Virus record (IMG/VR): IMGVR_UViG_3300028549_001428
DNA: 64,000 nucleotides
From: a virus
Taxonomy: Duplodnaviria; Heunggongvirae; Uroviricota; Caudoviricetes
Strand: one strand, 5' to 3'
Below the pieces are notes generated by a model. It saw only the letters and a list, made by a program, of their open reading frames with translations. It ran no database searches and was not told the DNA's origin. Positions 1 to 10,083 of this stretch are shown here, in pieces; positions within the stretch are counted from its first letter, which is position 1, and every line of letters starts with the position of its first letter. The position numbers and the translations under genes are program-made.

Positions 1-2
1 TT

Positions 3-1658
3 AGAACATATCAAAAAGCTATATCGGATAAATATAATATATACACGACTACAGGATCAGTAATTAAAGGAAAGGAAGCAGGTAGTATAATAAAAAATAT
101 TGTATCTACAATAGATTCCTCAATAGATTCCTCAGTAGATACTTCAGTTGATATATATAGAACCCCAAAAATAATATTGTTATGGGCAACTATACGACCC
201 GATATGTTTAAAAATACGCATAAATATTGGATTGATATGGCAAGCAATCCAGAAAATATAACAACACGTGTTGCTGTTAATTCAGACGTTGAAGCTGACC
301 AATTAACCGAATATAATGTATTGATTACAAATGACAACACTCCAGGCGTATGTTTTCCATGTTATTGTTTAAGTAGTACAACCAGAGCAAATTCAAATGA
401 TATCGTAATATTCGCATCAGATGATTTTTACCCACCGAAAAATTGGGATGTATTTTTACAGAATCAATTACAAAATCTAAATGAACGTGTTCTAATGGTA
501 TGTGATGGGATGCAACCAAATAATTCAAGTGTTGTCACCATCCCAATAATGACATATGGTGCACTTAAAAAAATGAATCATATAATATATAATCCAAATT
601 ATATCCATATGTGGTCTGATAATGAATTATATGATGTTGCAAAAAGATTAAATTTAATAAAAGACTGTAGATATACTGGTGTGATATTTGAACATCGTCA
701 TTATGGGAAGGGAAAGAGAACCCAAGACATTCATGATATAAATGTAGTTAATAAAGCTGATATTGATTGCACCAATTATGAAATTCGTAAAAAACTACCT
801 GTACCACAGATGTTACATATACCTGAACATATAACAGAAAAATTAAAAAATATAAAACCCAATAAAAAAGAACTGACTATAGTAACATCTATATCACCCA
901 AAAATATATCCAAGCAGGTTTCTTGCATAAATACATGGGAAAAATTTAATGGAAAAATATATTCACTAAATTCCATGAGTGAAATAGAGGTTATAAAACC
1001 TAATTTTCCTAACGTTACTTTCATAGAAACTACACGAAATGGAACCGAGGCATATGGTAAACCATATACCTACATAAATGATTTATTAAAATTTAAACCA
1101 ATCGCATCAAATGAATTAGTATCAATAATAAATTCTGATATATTCTTTGAAGATGCCTTTTTTGAAAAAAATATACATGAATCCATGCTAACCCAAGCTG
1201 TTGATTTTTTTGTGTATGCCAATAGATTTGATAAAAAAGACTCAAAATCTTTATATAAATTAGGCTTTGATGTATTTATGTTTTCGGGTAACTTCATACA
1301 ATTTATAGATAAAAATGAACTGGCTCTTGGTGTTCCTTGGTGGGATTATTATTTGCCTATGGTATCACTACTAGAAAATTATCCATTAATTCAGGTAATA
1401 TCTGATCATATAGTACATGAATATCACCAAACAAACTATTCCACCGAATTACATTCACGCTTATGCAATGATGTTATTGAGTTAATAAATAAAAAATTAC
1501 CTGAAAGCAATAAAATCAGCAAAGATATGAATTCAACTGAATTTGCTAATAATGTTCTGTACACCTTATGGACTAAATCTAAACAGGTAACTCATGTAAA
1601 GAAATCAAGTTACGATATCAGCATGCCAATAAAACATGGAATGCTAATAGGAAAATAA
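3..1658 (+). CDS. Glycosyltransferase, probably two GT-A domains; 5' end lies outside the window
   Basis: Frame is open from nt 3 (RTYQKAISDKYN...) into the listed 177..1658 ORF. GT-like motifs IFASDDFYPP, WSDNEL, IINSDI and LGVPWWDY. Confidence 0.7.
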   Translation, partial: RTYQKAISDKYNIYTTTGSVIKGKEAGSIIKNIVSTIDSSIDSSVDTSVDIYRTPKIILLWATIRPDMFKNTHKYWIDMASNPENITTRVAVNSDVEADQLTEYNVLITNDNTPGVCFPCYCLSSTTRANSNDIVIFASDDFYPPKNWDVFLQNQLQNLNERVLMVCDGMQPNNSSVVTIPIMTYGALKKMNHIIYNPNYIHMWSDNELYDVAKRLNLIKDCRYTGVIFEHRHYGKGKRTQDIHDINVVNKADIDCTNYEIRKKLPVPQMLHIPEHITEKLKNIKPNKKELTIVTSISPKNISKQVSCINTWEKFNGKIYSLNSMSEIEVIKPNFPNVTFIETTRNGTEAYGKPYTYINDLLKFKPIASNELVSIINSDIFFEDAFFEKNIHESMLTQAVDFFVYANRFDKKDSKSLYKLGFDVFMFSGNFIQFIDKNELALGVPWWDYYLPMVSLLENYPLIQVISDHIVHEYHQTNYSTELHSRLCNDVIELINKKLPESNKISKDMNSTEFANNVLYTLWTKSKQVTHVKKSSYDISMPIKHGMLIGK

Positions 1659-1659
1659 T

Positions 1660-2370
1660 ATGAAAATTATATCATTTGGCATTTGGGGTAATAATCCTTT
1701 GTATACCAATGGATTGATAAAAAACTGTTATAATATAAAAACTAATTATCCTGAATGGAATGTATGGGTGTATTATAATAATACTGTACCATCCGAAATC
1801 ATTTCACATTTAACTAATCTAGGCATTTCCTTATTCCATATAGACAATGTTAATACAACAGGCACTAACTCGGTCTGGCGATTTTATCCAACTATGGATG
1901 AATCGGTAGATATATTATTATCAAGGGATTGTGATTCAAGAATAACAAATCGAGAAATGCATTTAGTAAATGAATGGATTAACTCGGATAAAGAATTACA
2001 TATAATACGAGATCACGCATGGCATCAAATGCCAATTTTAGCTGGTATGTTTGGGTTAAAACGAGGTAGTTTAATGAATACATTCAAAGACGAATTATCT
2101 AAACACCTCAATGGAATTTCCATTATACAAAACATAAACGATAAGTCATTACTTGATAGTAATATGTATCAATTTGATGAGTTATTCTTACAGGAAAAGA
2201 TATTCCCATTAAGTGCACATAAAAGAATGACCCATATAAGCGCAGGTGCTATGTATGAGGGTGATATAATCATACCACCCCCGATAAATAACGATTTTAT
2301 TGGTAATAAAATTAATCAAGATAATGATAAACCAATTATAGAATATATTACAGGAATCACAAGGAAATAA
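1660..2370 (+). CDS. Glycosyltransferase-like protein
   Basis: KIISFGIWG, WRF and SRDCDSR (DxD) followed by HIIRDH; sits inside the glycan gene cluster. Confidence 0.6.
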   Translation: MKIISFGIWGNNPLYTNGLIKNCYNIKTNYPEWNVWVYYNNTVPSEIISHLTNLGISLFHIDNVNTTGTNSVWRFYPTMDESVDILLSRDCDSRITNREMHLVNEWINSDKELHIIRDHAWHQMPILAGMFGLKRGSLMNTFKDELSKHLNGISIIQNINDKSLLDSNMYQFDELFLQEKIFPLSAHKRMTHISAGAMYEGDIIIPPPINNDFIGNKINQDNDKPIIEYITGITRK

Positions 2371-2372
2371 GT

Positions 2373-3119
2373 ATGAAGATAGATATTGCAATTCACAGTT
2401 CTGACTCAAATCCTCTGTATTTGGACTTCTGGGAGTCCGTATCAAGAGCATGGAAAACTAAACTCGGTATAGACCCTGTTTTGCTATATATTGACCATGA
2501 TTATGCCACAAAACAAATTTCAGAACAATACGGTAAAGTGATAAGAATAAAACCACTCGAACACATACCATTGTACGTTCAGTGCCAGATAATTAGATAT
2601 TGGTACGCAACTCAATTAATGGACAAAGTAGGTATAATTTCTGATATAGATATGTATCCATTATCTAATTTTTATTTTAATACTCAATTAGAAAATATAG
2701 GTCCTGATAAATATGTACATCTAAATCCATGTATGGATACATATGGACAAGTACCTGCATGTTATCATGTGGCTAAAGGTACTACATATAGTAAAGTTCT
2801 AGGAAATATGGATTTCCAAAGTTACATGAATGTAGCACTGGAATTTTCTAGATATAACGACACCAACCACGCTGATAAAATGTATTGGTTTGTTGATGAA
2901 AGATATTCAACTATGCTTATAAATAAGTATGAAGATAAATCTATTTTTAATTTTATACATCGAGATGGTGGTCAAAATGGACATCGTATCGATAGACCTA
3001 ATTGGAAATATGATACAAAATTAATAACCCAAGGTTATTATTATGATGCGCATTCAATTAGACCATTTGGCAATCATGTCAATGAATTAAACAGCATAGT
3101 AGATTTGATCGGTAACTAA
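2373..3119 (+). CDS. Putative glycosyltransferase (DxD)
   Basis: IISDIDMYPL motif; tightly packed in the cluster. Confidence 0.5.
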   Translation: MKIDIAIHSSDSNPLYLDFWESVSRAWKTKLGIDPVLLYIDHDYATKQISEQYGKVIRIKPLEHIPLYVQCQIIRYWYATQLMDKVGIISDIDMYPLSNFYFNTQLENIGPDKYVHLNPCMDTYGQVPACYHVAKGTTYSKVLGNMDFQSYMNVALEFSRYNDTNHADKMYWFVDERYSTMLINKYEDKSIFNFIHRDGGQNGHRIDRPNWKYDTKLITQGYYYDAHSIRPFGNHVNELNSIVDLIGN

Positions 3120-3818
3120 ATGAGCAAAAAAATATTAATATTGGTTATATCATGCAATGAAGAACCCTATATATCACTTGAGCATATAGGATGTAGAAAA
3201 ACATGGGCTTCTAGTAATCATAAAAATATTGATATTCTATTCGTGCATTCATTAAACTATCTAGATGTACATAGAGATGGAAGTAACTTATATGTACATG
3301 GAAATGAGCACTTATATAACATAGGATATAAAACATTAAATGCATTTAAATATGCATTATCAAATTGCGAATTTGATTATATCTATAGAACTAATCTAAG
3401 TTCCTATATACATCAAGCTGGATTATATGATTATGTAAATACGTTACCTGATTCAAATATATATCAAGGGGTTGTTGGGTATTATAATGGAATTGAATTT
3501 GCTTCAGGTAGTGGTTATTTAATTAGTAAAGATTTAGTTAAATATGTTACTGACAATGAAATGCACTGGGATCATATCAATTTAATTGATGATGTAGCTA
3601 TAGCGTCTGTACTGCGTGGAAACAATGTATACCCAACCCCTATCAGCCGAATTGATATAAAAAACGAGTATGAACTAAGTACTTTTGATACTAATACAAT
3701 TGACCAGTGTTTTCATTTCAGATGTAAATCAGAAACCGATAGAACTCATGATATACGAGTAATGAATAAATTGCATGATTATTTTATAAACACAGGCTGT
3801 ATAGGAGTTAATAAATGA
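3120..3818 (+). CDS. GT31/galactosyltransferase-like protein
   Basis: KTLNAFKY, FDYIYRTN, FASGSGYLIS and IDDVAI motifs. Confidence 0.6.
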   Translation: MSKKILILVISCNEEPYISLEHIGCRKTWASSNHKNIDILFVHSLNYLDVHRDGSNLYVHGNEHLYNIGYKTLNAFKYALSNCEFDYIYRTNLSSYIHQAGLYDYVNTLPDSNIYQGVVGYYNGIEFASGSGYLISKDLVKYVTDNEMHWDHINLIDDVAIASVLRGNNVYPTPISRIDIKNEYELSTFDTNTIDQCFHFRCKSETDRTHDIRVMNKLHDYFINTGCIGVNK

Positions 3819-4486
3819 TAGTAATCGCAACAAATAATGGAAACGAATATCTACCAAATCTTTTAGCCAGCATCGATACTTATGGATGTGACAATCATAA
3901 AATATGTATAGTTGATACGGGGTCAACTGATAATACATTTATTGAATATTTGGCTAATTTAGACAAAAACAAATACATAATAACCCACACCCCATATAAA
4001 GGATATGACACTGGAGCATACATTCATGCTTATAGAAACTTTGCATCATCCGAATACATTTTTATGCAAGATTCCATTGAAGTAATATCAAGTGATTGGG
4101 TTTCCGAGTTCAAAAAAAATAATTCAGATGCATGTTATTATACAGCATTCGGTACATTTTTTGATACCGAGTCTGAACGACAACATATAATAGATATTGG
4201 AATATACAACCCAAACACAGTAAAATGTGTATTCGGTCCTATTTTTTATATTAAAAAACCTATATTAGATTCTATCTCCCAAAGATTTAATTTAGATAAG
4301 GTAATTCCCACAAATAAACAAGAACAAATGGGAATGGAACGAGGATGGGCTATGATGATAGATACAGTAACTCGTAATAGATCATGGCTAGGAGTGTTTG
4401 AAGAATGGGCAGTAGGAAGACCTTGGGACGAAAACCCAACTGTAATGTATAAAACTTTAAGAAAATATAGACCTGTGAGAAAATAA
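3815..4486 (+). CDS. GT2-family glycosyltransferase
   Basis: IVIATNNG...IVDTGSTD N-terminal GT2 signature; ATGA overlap with the upstream gene. Confidence 0.7.
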   Translation: MIVIATNNGNEYLPNLLASIDTYGCDNHKICIVDTGSTDNTFIEYLANLDKNKYIITHTPYKGYDTGAYIHAYRNFASSEYIFMQDSIEVISSDWVSEFKKNNSDACYYTAFGTFFDTESERQHIIDIGIYNPNTVKCVFGPIFYIKKPILDSISQRFNLDKVIPTNKQEQMGMERGWAMMIDTVTRNRSWLGVFEEWAVGRPWDENPTVMYKTLRKYRPVRK

Positions 4487-6975
4487 TGAAATTAATTATA
4501 TTTGATTTAGATGGTGTATTAATTGATTCACGTGAACTTCATTATGAAGTTCTAAATAAAGCACTTGCATCAGTATCTGATACATACACAATAAGTAAAA
4601 AAGAACATCTTACTAAGTATGATGGGTTATCCACTCGTCAGAAACTAGTAAAATTAGCCAAAGAAAAAAATCTACCTGAGAATATGTATGATTCCATATG
4701 GGAATCCAAACAACATCTTACATTTAAAGAATTAGATAGCTTGGTTACTGTTAATGATAAATTAATTAGTATATTCTCGTATTTAAAATCTAATGGGTGT
4801 ATAATAGCAATAGCATCAAATTCAATTAGAAAGACTATTGATATAGTTATAAATAATAGTGGTATATCGGAATTCGTCGATTTGATAGTATCTAATGAAG
4901 ATGTTATTTACCCAAAGCCAAACCCACAAATATATCTCACTGTAATGCAGAAATATGGAATTAGTCCATATGAAACATATATATTTGAAGATAGTTACAT
5001 TGGAAGACAGTCAGCATTCAAATCTGGTGCAACTGTATGTCCAGTAAATAATTCAACCGAACTAACATTGGATTATGTAAAGGAATGCATGCATATGACT
5101 AAAAATAATCAATTGAAATGGGAAAATAAGAAGTTAAATGTATTGATACCTATGGCTGGTGAAGGTTCTAGATTCGCTAAAGCTGGTTATACATTCCCTA
5201 AACCAATTATAGAAGTGAATGGCGAACCAATGATTAAGGTTGTGTTAGATAACTTGAATGTATCAGCTAATTACATATTCATAATTAGAGAAGAACACGA
5301 TGCTAAATTCAATATATCATCCACACTTAAACAATTAGAACCAAATTGTAAAATAGTAAAAATAGATGGATTAACTGATGGTGCTGCTTGTACTACGCTA
5401 TTAGCTAAAGAATATATTGATTCTGATGCACCATTACTTATAGCAAATTCTGATCAATTTATTGAATGGGACTCATGTGAGTTTTATCATTCAATTAATA
5501 CATCAATTGATGGATCTATTATAACATTTGAAAATGTACATCCTAAATGGTCATATGTTAAATTAGACGATGATGGAAATGTAACACAAGTAGCAGAAAA
5601 AGAAGTTATTTCAAATAAGGCTACATGTCTACATTATAATACACCAGTATTAATGGCAAATGGTAAACATGAACTTATCGGTAAATTGGTAAACTCGAAA
5701 TCAACTGCTGATGTGATGTCATTTAATCAATTAACTAATACATTTGAACCTAAAAAAATAACAAATTGGATTAAAAAATTAGAACCAGTTGAATGGTATT
5801 CATTATCATTTATAGATGCTCGAATGACATGTAATGGCTCAAAAAAGCGGGTACATATTACAGGAGATCATAAAGTATTAACCAATAATGGATATATTAG
5901 AGTTGATTCATTATCAATTAATGATAAAATATTAACAACCTATAAAAAATATAATAATAAACAAAAAGAATTCATAGATGGTACGATATTAGGAGATGCG
6001 TGTTATAGAGCACCAAATAAAACAGGTGAATTGGGTAGACTTGTTGTTAAACAATCATTAAAACAAAAAGAATGGTTTGATATAAAATATAATATACTAA
6101 ATCAATTTGGTGGATATAATATGCATGAAGATGCATCAACTCAATCCATATGCGACAGAAGTTGTAAATCATCTGGATCGATTGGATTTGCAGTATCATC
6201 CAATCCTTTATGGACTATAGAGAGAAATCGGTGGTATATAAATGGGATAAAAGAAGTACCCGATGATATAAATTTAACACCACTATCAATAGCAACTTGG
6301 TATATGGACGATGGATCAATTGGACCAACTCATGAACGATTAGTATTATGTACCGATAGTTTCTCTGATACAAGTATTAAAATACTACAACGAGAGCTAT
6401 TAAAATATAATATTAATAGCAATATATGGAATATAAAGAGAGGAAATAGCAATAAACGTATAGTTATATCAAATAACGGAAATGATTTAAGTGCTTTCAA
6501 TTTCTTTGATTTAATATGTAAATATATTATACCATCAATGCAATATAAGTTACCCGAACATTTTAGAGGTTATTATGACAGTAATTTATGGAATTTGGGC
6601 AATTCTGAATTATGTTATTCTGATATAGAAGTAACCAAAATAGAGTACAAAGATATAAAAGCTAAAAACCCACATCAATATTGTCTTGAAGTAGAAGATA
6701 ATCATAATTTCATTGTAAATGATATGGTTGTGAGTAACTGTGGTATTTATTACTTTGCTAAAGGTTCTGATTATGTTAAATACGCTGAATCAATGATATA
6801 TAAAGATATACGATATGGTCAAGGATTCAATGGAAAAGGTGAATTCTATGTGGCTCCTGTATATAATGAAGCTATTGCTGATGGTAAAATAATTAAAACA
6901 TTCGATATTAAAAAAATGTGGGGTTTAGGAACACCATCAGATTTACAAATATTTATCGATAAACATCATGAATGA
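4486..6975 (+). CDS. HAD phosphatase fused to a sugar nucleotidyltransferase-like (BcbE-like) domain, interrupted by an intein
   Basis: FDLDGVL, KPNP and FEDS are HAD motifs. LIPMAGEGSRFAKAGYTFPKP is the NTP-transferase motif. Exteins rejoin as EKEVISNKAT/CGIYYF. Confidence 0.85.
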   Translation: MKLIIFDLDGVLIDSRELHYEVLNKALASVSDTYTISKKEHLTKYDGLSTRQKLVKLAKEKNLPENMYDSIWESKQHLTFKELDSLVTVNDKLISIFSYLKSNGCIIAIASNSIRKTIDIVINNSGISEFVDLIVSNEDVIYPKPNPQIYLTVMQKYGISPYETYIFEDSYIGRQSAFKSGATVCPVNNSTELTLDYVKECMHMTKNNQLKWENKKLNVLIPMAGEGSRFAKAGYTFPKPIIEVNGEPMIKVVLDNLNVSANYIFIIREEHDAKFNISSTLKQLEPNCKIVKIDGLTDGAACTTLLAKEYIDSDAPLLIANSDQFIEWDSCEFYHSINTSIDGSIITFENVHPKWSYVKLDDDGNVTQVAEKEVISNKATCLHYNTPVLMANGKHELIGKLVNSKSTADVMSFNQLTNTFEPKKITNWIKKLEPVEWYSLSFIDARMTCNGSKKRVHITGDHKVLTNNGYIRVDSLSINDKILTTYKKYNNKQKEFIDGTILGDACYRAPNKTGELGRLVVKQSLKQKEWFDIKYNILNQFGGYNMHEDASTQSICDRSCKSSGSIGFAVSSNPLWTIERNRWYINGIKEVPDDINLTPLSIATWYMDDGSIGPTHERLVLCTDSFSDTSIKILQRELLKYNINSNIWNIKRGNSNKRIVISNNGNDLSAFNFFDLICKYIIPSMQYKLPEHFRGYYDSNLWNLGNSELCYSDIEVTKIEYKDIKAKNPHQYCLEVEDNHNFIVNDMVVSNCGIYYFAKGSDYVKYAESMIYKDIRYGQGFNGKGEFYVAPVYNEAIADGKIIKTFDIKKMWGLGTPSDLQIFIDKHHE
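5626..6738 (+). mobile_element. 371-aa intein with LAGLIDADG homing endonuclease
   Basis: Starts CLHYNTPVLMANG; block B ITGDHKV; endonuclease motifs FIDGTILGDA and IATWYMDDGS; ends YCLEVEDNHNFIVNDMVVSN followed by Cys+1. Confidence 0.9.
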
Positions 6976-7747
6976 TCTAGTACTAATTAACCACAATACA
7001 TTAACAATAGAACACGCTGATTTGTGTGTGTGTTCAATTTCATCCAATAATCAAACTAATAATATTCAATGGAACACAATATACATATACAACTCATGTG
7101 ATTATATATCTAATAATAGTATTATTGAATTACTTGATAAATACAACATAGTATATAATACTATAATTGAGATGAATGTATCTAACATAAAAACATTAAA
7201 TAGTGATCTATCATGTATAGCTAACCAATGCAATACAAAAAATAATGTGGTTCTATTAAAATGTGATTATGCATTAAGCAAACGATTCAATGAAATATTA
7301 TCCGAATATGATAATACTAGTAATTTTCTATACTCACTCCCAGTAACTAATGCCAAAGAATTCGTATCAGATGATGAAATAAAAACATTAGTCAAGAATG
7401 ATGAATTTATTATATGCAACAATTACATTTATTATAGAGGATCTGATTTATTTGAGCCAAAACAAGAATGCAGATCAACTCAATACGATGATACGCATGG
7501 GTCAATTAGATTTGTATCATGGGGTGGTAGTCTAGATTACAATGTTCATTATATGAGTGGTAATAACCTACACTTTTTCACATACTCAGATCCAAATCAA
7601 GGATGGGGTAGATGTACTGCATTCGATAAAATGCTACATAACGGAACACATATTATAAACAGTAAGAAATCATTTTGTGTACACAAATATCACTACACAA
7701 ATGAAAGAAACGACCATAGAAAAAATGTACATGGTCAAAAATATTAA
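6968..7747 (+). CDS. Hypothetical protein of the glycan cluster
   Basis: 259-aa ORF overlapping the upstream stop; no clear motif. Confidence 0.5.
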   Translation: MNDLVLINHNTLTIEHADLCVCSISSNNQTNNIQWNTIYIYNSCDYISNNSIIELLDKYNIVYNTIIEMNVSNIKTLNSDLSCIANQCNTKNNVVLLKCDYALSKRFNEILSEYDNTSNFLYSLPVTNAKEFVSDDEIKTLVKNDEFIICNNYIYYRGSDLFEPKQECRSTQYDDTHGSIRFVSWGGSLDYNVHYMSGNNLHFFTYSDPNQGWGRCTAFDKMLHNGTHIINSKKSFCVHKYHYTNERNDHRKNVHGQKY

Positions 7748-7763
7748 CAAAAAAGGCAAAATT

Positions 7764-8447
7764 ATGAATAAATATACAGAAATGCAAAAGAATTTTTATG
7801 AAGCTGAAACCGAAACAATGAAACAAGCAAATCATTGTCAGCATAACGCAAATCCTGATTATTGGGAAATTTTATTAGCTCCCCTTGATAAAATGAATGT
7901 AAAAAAATCAATTGCACTCGATTTCGGATGCGGTTGTGGTAGAAATGTATTGAATATGGCAAAAAAATATAAACTTAAAGAAGTTCATGGATGTGATATT
8001 AGTTCAAATAATGTAACATATTCAGAATCATTTTTGAAAGAAAATGGAATAACTAACAGTAAATTCTTTACCACTGATGGCGTATCATTGCAACCAGCAA
8101 CGTCAGATACATATGATTTTTTAATGTCAACCATTGTATTACAGCACATCCCTGTTTATGATATAAGAAAAACAATTTTAATTGATTTTTATAGGGTATT
8201 AAAAACTGGTGGAGTATTATCATTTCAAATGGGTTATGGAACAGGACGAACATTACCTACTGCTGAATATTATGATAATATATATGATGCTCAAAGTACA
8301 AATAGTGCACATGATTGTCGTGTAACCGATGAATCGCAGATAATTAATGATTTGAATGAGATTGGATTTAAAAATATAACCACGATAGTACGACCAGCAT
8401 TTGAAGACAATCACACCCAATGGATTTTTGTAAGAGCAGAAAAATGA
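7764..8447 (+). CDS. Class I SAM-dependent methyltransferase
   Basis: ALDFGCGCGR, VLQHIP and RVLKTGG motifs. Start moved to ATG 7764 (AAGG upstream, removes the overlap). Confidence 0.85.
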   Translation: MNKYTEMQKNFYEAETETMKQANHCQHNANPDYWEILLAPLDKMNVKKSIALDFGCGCGRNVLNMAKKYKLKEVHGCDISSNNVTYSESFLKENGITNSKFFTTDGVSLQPATSDTYDFLMSTIVLQHIPVYDIRKTILIDFYRVLKTGGVLSFQMGYGTGRTLPTAEYYDNIYDAQSTNSAHDCRVTDESQIINDLNEIGFKNITTIVRPAFEDNHTQWIFVRAEK

Positions 8448-8761
8448 TTAGTGTAGATGAATGTATAAAGGGTTGGCTTGTTGGTGATTTCACACCATCA
8501 TTATTCACGTCGAAGGATGTTGAAGTTGGTGTGAAATACTATAAGTCTGGTGATTTCGAAACCAGGCATGTACATAAAATAATAACCGAGTATACGATTG
8601 TTCTATCAGGTAAAGTCAGAATGAATGATCGTGTATATAGTGAAAAAGAAATAGTAACAATCAACCCAAATGAATCTACTGATTTTGAATGTATAGAAGA
8701 CGCAATCACCTTGGTTATAAAAACACCTAGTATACCATCGGATAAACATATATGCGAATAA
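8444..8761 (+). CDS. Cupin-fold protein
   Basis: KGWLVGDF...HVHKIITEYT...SG pattern; ATGA overlap at 8444. Confidence 0.7.
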   Translation: MISVDECIKGWLVGDFTPSLFTSKDVEVGVKYYKSGDFETRHVHKIITEYTIVLSGKVRMNDRVYSEKEIVTINPNESTDFECIEDAITLVIKTPSIPSDKHICE

Positions 8762-9201
8762 TATCTCATAGAGGAAATATATATGGAGTAGATTCATCTG
8801 CTGAGAATTCACCAACTCAAATAATATCTGCTATTATGTATGGATATGATGTAGAAATTGATCTATGGGTGATTGATGGTGTTCTATTACTTGGACATGA
8901 TGCACCAACATATGAGATATCACTAGATTGGTTGACCAACTATAATGAGTATTTATGGATTCATTGTAAAAATATAAATGCATTGAATTTGATAAAAGAT
9001 GATTTCAATGCATTTGGACATGATGTTGATGATTATGTATTAACGTCTAAAAAGTTTATCTGGGTATATCCAAATAAACCTTTAGTACCTAATTCAATTG
9101 CAGTGTTGCCAGAAAAAGCCACATATAATGCCGATGATCTAAATCAATGCTACGGTATATGCACTGATTTTCCATATAAATATAAAAAAGGAATCCGTTA
9201 G
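8752..9201 (+). CDS. Glycerophosphodiester phosphodiesterase-like protein
   Basis: IISHRGN, DVEIDLW, LGHD, WIHCKN and GICTD motifs. Confidence 0.75.
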   Translation: MRIISHRGNIYGVDSSAENSPTQIISAIMYGYDVEIDLWVIDGVLLLGHDAPTYEISLDWLTNYNEYLWIHCKNINALNLIKDDFNAFGHDVDDYVLTSKKFIWVYPNKPLVPNSIAVLPEKATYNADDLNQCYGICTDFPYKYKKGIR

Positions 9202-9210
9202 GATTCCTTT
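9187..9210. terminator. Intrinsic terminator between convergent genes
   Basis: AAAGGAATCC-GTTA-GGATTCCTTT inverted repeat. Confidence 0.65.
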
Positions 9211-9236
9211 AAGCCTGATTACAATGCCCTCACGCA

Positions 9237-10046
9237 TTACTTTACATAAACCCATGTTGGGTACTTATCTGAGTTTAATCTACGTCCTACGGTAGTATCT
9301 GACACACCAATCGCCCTACTAGCAGATATTAGACTATTATATAACACACCGTCAATTGAACATTTCAGTGACTGTAATACTGAAATTTTGGCTTTCGTTT
9401 CATCTGATACTTTTACACCTAATCTGGATGTCTTTAATGCATTTATATGGGCTTCGCTCATTACTTGCATCGCACGTTTTTGCTTTATTTTTTCAATTGC
9501 CTCTGGTGTGTGATGCTTTCCATAAAAATTATTATTAGATCCTATACGAGTTCCTTTCATAGACTGGGATAAATGTTGTTTCCATATATCAGTGAATATA
9601 CGAGTCTTACCGTATAATGGATGATTAGATTTTACTTTATATCGAGTAAATGCAGCAGTACTCATATTAAATTTTGCTATATCACTGTGTTTATATCCAA
9701 CAAACAATCCTATATGAGTTTTACTCATCTTATCTCTTGATACTTGTGTATGTTTGAATCCATATGCACCATATTCACCACCAACAAAACAATTATATAC
9801 ATGAGGTAATTTTATAAAATCCTCATTAACTATTTCTCGTTCACGTGCTAATAATTCACATCGCCAATCAAACCATTCTAATATATCTCTAGTAAAATTG
9901 GATATACCATATTTCTGGATTGCTTTGTTTATAGCAATACCAGATGCTATATATCCATCATTTAACACATTAGTTGAATGTATTCCTATATAAATATTGC
10001 CATTAATATTATTTGTGATTCTATATAAATAATGATATTGTTTCAT
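9237..10046 (-). CDS. Free-standing GIY-YIG homing endonuclease with NUMOD3-like repeats
   Basis: YLYRITNNINGNIYIGIH, GYIASG, REREIV, YN; repeated (Y/F)GKHHT-type motifs; C-terminal HTH. Confidence 0.85.
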   Translation of the reverse strand: MKQYHYLYRITNNINGNIYIGIHSTNVLNDGYIASGIAINKAIQKYGISNFTRDILEWFDWRCELLAREREIVNEDFIKLPHVYNCFVGGEYGAYGFKHTQVSRDKMSKTHIGLFVGYKHSDIAKFNMSTAAFTRYKVKSNHPLYGKTRIFTDIWKQHLSQSMKGTRIGSNNNFYGKHHTPEAIEKIKQKRAMQVMSEAHINALKTSRLGVKVSDETKAKISVLQSLKCSIDGVLYNSLISASRAIGVSDTTVGRRLNSDKYPTWVYVK

Positions 10047-10052
10047 ACCATT

Positions 10053-10060
10053 GTTTATAA
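10053..10060 (-). promoter_or_regulatory. Late-type promoter box TTATAAAC
   Basis: 6 nt upstream of the endonuclease ATG; same box recurs before virion-type genes. Confidence 0.5.
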
Positions 10061-10083
10061 TAGAACCAAAATACTCACAACTA

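Noticed and set aside
111-152. 12-bp tandem repeat ATAGATTCCTCA
   Set aside because: In-frame low-complexity linker (IDSS IDSS VDTS VD) inside the first gene.
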